Virus record (IMG/VR): IMGVR_UViG_2698536458_000011
Strand: one strand, 5' to 3'
DNA length: 7,198 nt
Source of the DNA: a virus
Taxonomy: Duplodnaviria > Heunggongvirae > Uroviricota > Caudoviricetes
Shown here: positions 6,002-7,198 of the stretch, piece after piece
How the letters are laid out: every line of letters starts with the position of its first letter
Numbering within the stretch: position 1 is the stretch's first letter
Notes under the pieces: generated by a model
What the model saw: the letters and a program-made list of their open reading frames with translations, nothing else
The model's database searches: none
Told to the model about the DNA's origin: nothing
Translations under genes and position numbers: made by a program

Positions 6002-6157
6002 TTACTCCTCAGGTTCGTAAGCTGTGAAGACAGCGACCTCCGTCTGGCCGGTTCGAATTCGTACCTCGCAGAGGTCTTTCCTCGTTACCAGTGCCGTCAC
6101 TATGACGGTTAAACAGATGACGATCAGGGCGATTAACATCGCCTTTTGCTGCTTCAT
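6002..6157 (-). CDS. hok: Hok-family type I toxin (HokD/RelF-like), 51 aa
   Basis: Translation MKQQKAMLIALIVICLTVIVTALVTRKDLCEVRIRTGQTEVAVFTAYEPEE is a canonical Hok sequence (single transmembrane helix, conserved C-terminal Cys). AAGGAG Shine-Dalgarno 9 nt upstream of the ATG at 6157. Confidence 0.9.
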   Translation of the reverse strand: MKQQKAMLIALIVICLTVIVTALVTRKDLCEVRIRTGQTEVAVFTAYEPEE

Positions 6158-6214
6158 AGCCTGCTTCTCCTTGCCTTTCGGCACGTAAGAGGCTAACCTA
6201 GATTTGCCGTTCAT
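6002..6214 (-). CDS. mok: mok-like reading frame (in-frame N-terminally extended, 70 aa) that mediates hok translation
   Basis: ATG at 6214 opens a 70-codon frame that contains hok in frame, the same geometry as known Mok/Hok pairs (e.g. MokC/HokC). GAGG lies ~10 nt upstream. Confidence 0.55.
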   Translation of the reverse strand: MNGKSRLASYVPKGKEKQAMKQQKAMLIALIVICLTVIVTALVTRKDLCEVRIRTGQTEVAVFTAYEPEE

Positions 6215-6333
6215 AGATTGAGCCTCAGATTAATGTTAAGCGTCTTGCCGGACGCGTAATGTTAACTGGGGCTTTTCTCTATCTGCCTTTTGGTGTTCAT
6301 GCCTGAGACAGATAGCCTCAAGCACCCGCTGCA

Positions 6334-6361
6334 ATTCTACTTAACTCTCCTTTTCCCGCAA
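6334..6361 (-). promoter_or_regulatory. Candidate hok/mok promoter (minus strand -35 TTGCGG, 16-bp spacer, -10 TAGAAT)
   Basis: Plus-strand ccgcaa at 6356-6361 and attcta at 6334-6339. The predicted start (~6325-6327) would begin the transcript with GGGUGCUUGAGG, which is complementary to CCUCAAUGCACCC near the 3' end (plus strand 5940-5952), as in hok fold-back inhibition. Confidence 0.45.
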
Positions 6362-6368
6362 ACCGTTT

Positions 6369-6452
6369 TTATCCCCAGCGGCAAATCGAATACACCACCA
6401 GCGCCACCGCCATCGCAATTCCTACCGTTGTTAATGCTTCAGGCCAGGTCAT
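6369..6452 (-). CDS. Putative 27-aa hydrophobic peptide ([27 protein letters not shown])
   Basis: Not in the supplied ORF track (too short). ATG at 6452 with a GGAGGA Shine-Dalgarno 9 nt upstream, overlapping the stop of the 114-aa ORF (ATGA). One predicted transmembrane helix. Ends just upstream of the hok promoter. Confidence 0.4.
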   Translation of the reverse strand: MTWPEALTTVGIAMAVALVVYSICRWG

Positions 6453-6793
6453 CGTAAAATATCCTCCACGCTTATCAGTCCGTTCCGCTCCAGATAACTC
6501 ATCGCCTTATCCGGTAATTTGCAGTCTGGCTTCGCTTTCCTCAGTTGCCAGGTTAACTGCTTTACCAGCATGGTTAACTCATCGACCAGACGCTGATATC
6601 CCACTGGTTTGTATTCATGCAATTTACCGGCTGGCTCTGCTGCCAGCGATACCAGTGCGATTTCCAGAACAGCAATATCCATCTTATATGTGCGGATGAT
6701 GTCATGGTCGATTGTGCCCGGTATGCACAGTCTCTGTGCTTCAATAGTCTCCTCTGCGTGAGCTATTAACTGCTCTCTGGTAAAAGTCGTCAT
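6449..6793 (-). CDS. Hypothetical protein, 114 aa; paralog of the upstream 55-aa ORF
   Basis: ATG at 6793 overlaps the stop of the 55-aa ORF (ATGA). Shares an MTTxT N-terminus and the motif [10 protein letters not shown] with the 55-aa ORF ([10 protein letters not shown]). Plus strand 6633-6661 matches 6836-6864 at 25/29 nt. Confidence 0.65.
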   Translation of the reverse strand: MTTFTREQLIAHAEETIEAQRLCIPGTIDHDIIRTYKMDIAVLEIALVSLAAEPAGKLHEYKPVGYQRLVDELTMLVKQLTWQLRKAKPDCKLPDKAMSYLERNGLISVEDILR

Positions 6794-6957
6794 GCCGTAG
6801 CCCCTTCTTGATATTTTTCAAACCAGAACACAACCGGCTCTGCTTCCAGCGATGCCAGCGCAATCCGTGCCAGTTCCATTTGTTCACCACGGGTAAGCCC
6901 GTTTTCAAGCGGGTTTTTAATGAACAATTCAATACGTTCTTTGGTAATAGTGGTCAT
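6790..6957 (-). CDS. Hypothetical small protein, 55 aa ([55 protein letters not shown])
   Basis: Not in the supplied ORF track. ATG at 6957 lies 10 nt after the stop of the upstream partial ORF; its stop overlaps the next start (ATGA). Paralogous to the N-terminal half of the 114-aa ORF. Confidence 0.5.
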   Translation of the reverse strand: MTTITKERIELFIKNPLENGLTRGEQMELARIALASLEAEPVVFWFEKYQEGATA

Positions 6958-6967
6958 GTGTTACTCC

Positions 6968-7198
6968 TTAACCCGCAGTGCTTTCAACTGATGAGGGGAA
7001 CAAAATCTTTTCATCAAACCCTGCATTCATATCATGAACAGCAACACACCAATCCATCGACGAACGATTATCAAGAGCCTCCATGATTTCATCCATGCGG
7101 CGTAGGTCATACAGGTAAATGCTTTTATCGCCAATGGTGTAAAAGCCAATTTTTTTCGGTGATGGATGAGGTGTACTGGCAATAGCGGACACTACCAT
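6968..7198 (-). CDS. Hypothetical protein, C-terminal 76 codons (probably 5'-truncated by the window edge)
   Basis: Open frame on the gene strand running to the window edge, stop TAA at 6968-6970. The ATG at the edge may be coincidental. No recognisable motif. Confidence 0.5.
   Translation of the reverse strand: MVVSAIASTPHPSPKKIGFYTIGDKSIYLYDLRRMDEIMEALDNRSSMDWCVAVHDMNAGFDEKILFPSSVESTAG

Noticed and set aside
6741-7086. ORFs 6741..6932 - and 6808..7086 + over the 55-aa ORF and the upstream partial ORF
   Set aside because: The coupled 55-aa frame (6790..6957) and the partial CDS fit the ATGA-coupled operon structure better; these are other frames or antisense with no ribosome-binding site.
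1-7198. CRISPR array, IS element or transposase, integrase or attachment site, rRNA
   Set aside because: No regularly spaced direct repeats, terminal inverted repeats with a transposase-like ORF, or rRNA-like sequence was seen; the only repeats are the tRNA unit and the rusA 5' segment.

Overview
All supportable genes in this 7.2-kb window lie on the minus strand and read (7198 -> 1) like the nin-to-late-regulatory segment of an E. coli-type lambdoid prophage. In order: three small hypothetical ORFs chained by ATGA overlaps (two are paralogs, the last a 27-aa hydrophobic peptide); a mok/hok type I toxin locus with promoter, 5'/3' fold-back complementarity and a UUCG-tetraloop terminator; a 93-aa hypothetical ORF; a DUF968/YdfU-like protein; a truncated rusA remnant; an 85-aa coiled-coil-like ORF; intact rusA; a Q-like late antiterminator with four DnaJ-type CxxCxGxG repeats; a tR'-like terminator; a complete tRNA with CAU anticodon (ileX/ileZ-like); a 477-nt run of N; an AT-rich 117-aa ORF; a beta-class DPPY DNA methyltransferase; and a second, window-truncated copy of the same tRNA and its promoter. 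The most interesting candidates are the paralogous small-ORF/peptide module next to hok, and the methyltransferase cargo bracketed by duplicated tRNA units downstream of Q. Family assignments are from motif recognition and recall only; no searches were run. The N-run and two single N bases (1200, 4206) mean the two repeat structures could be assembly artifacts. No CRISPR array, IS element or rRNA was seen.
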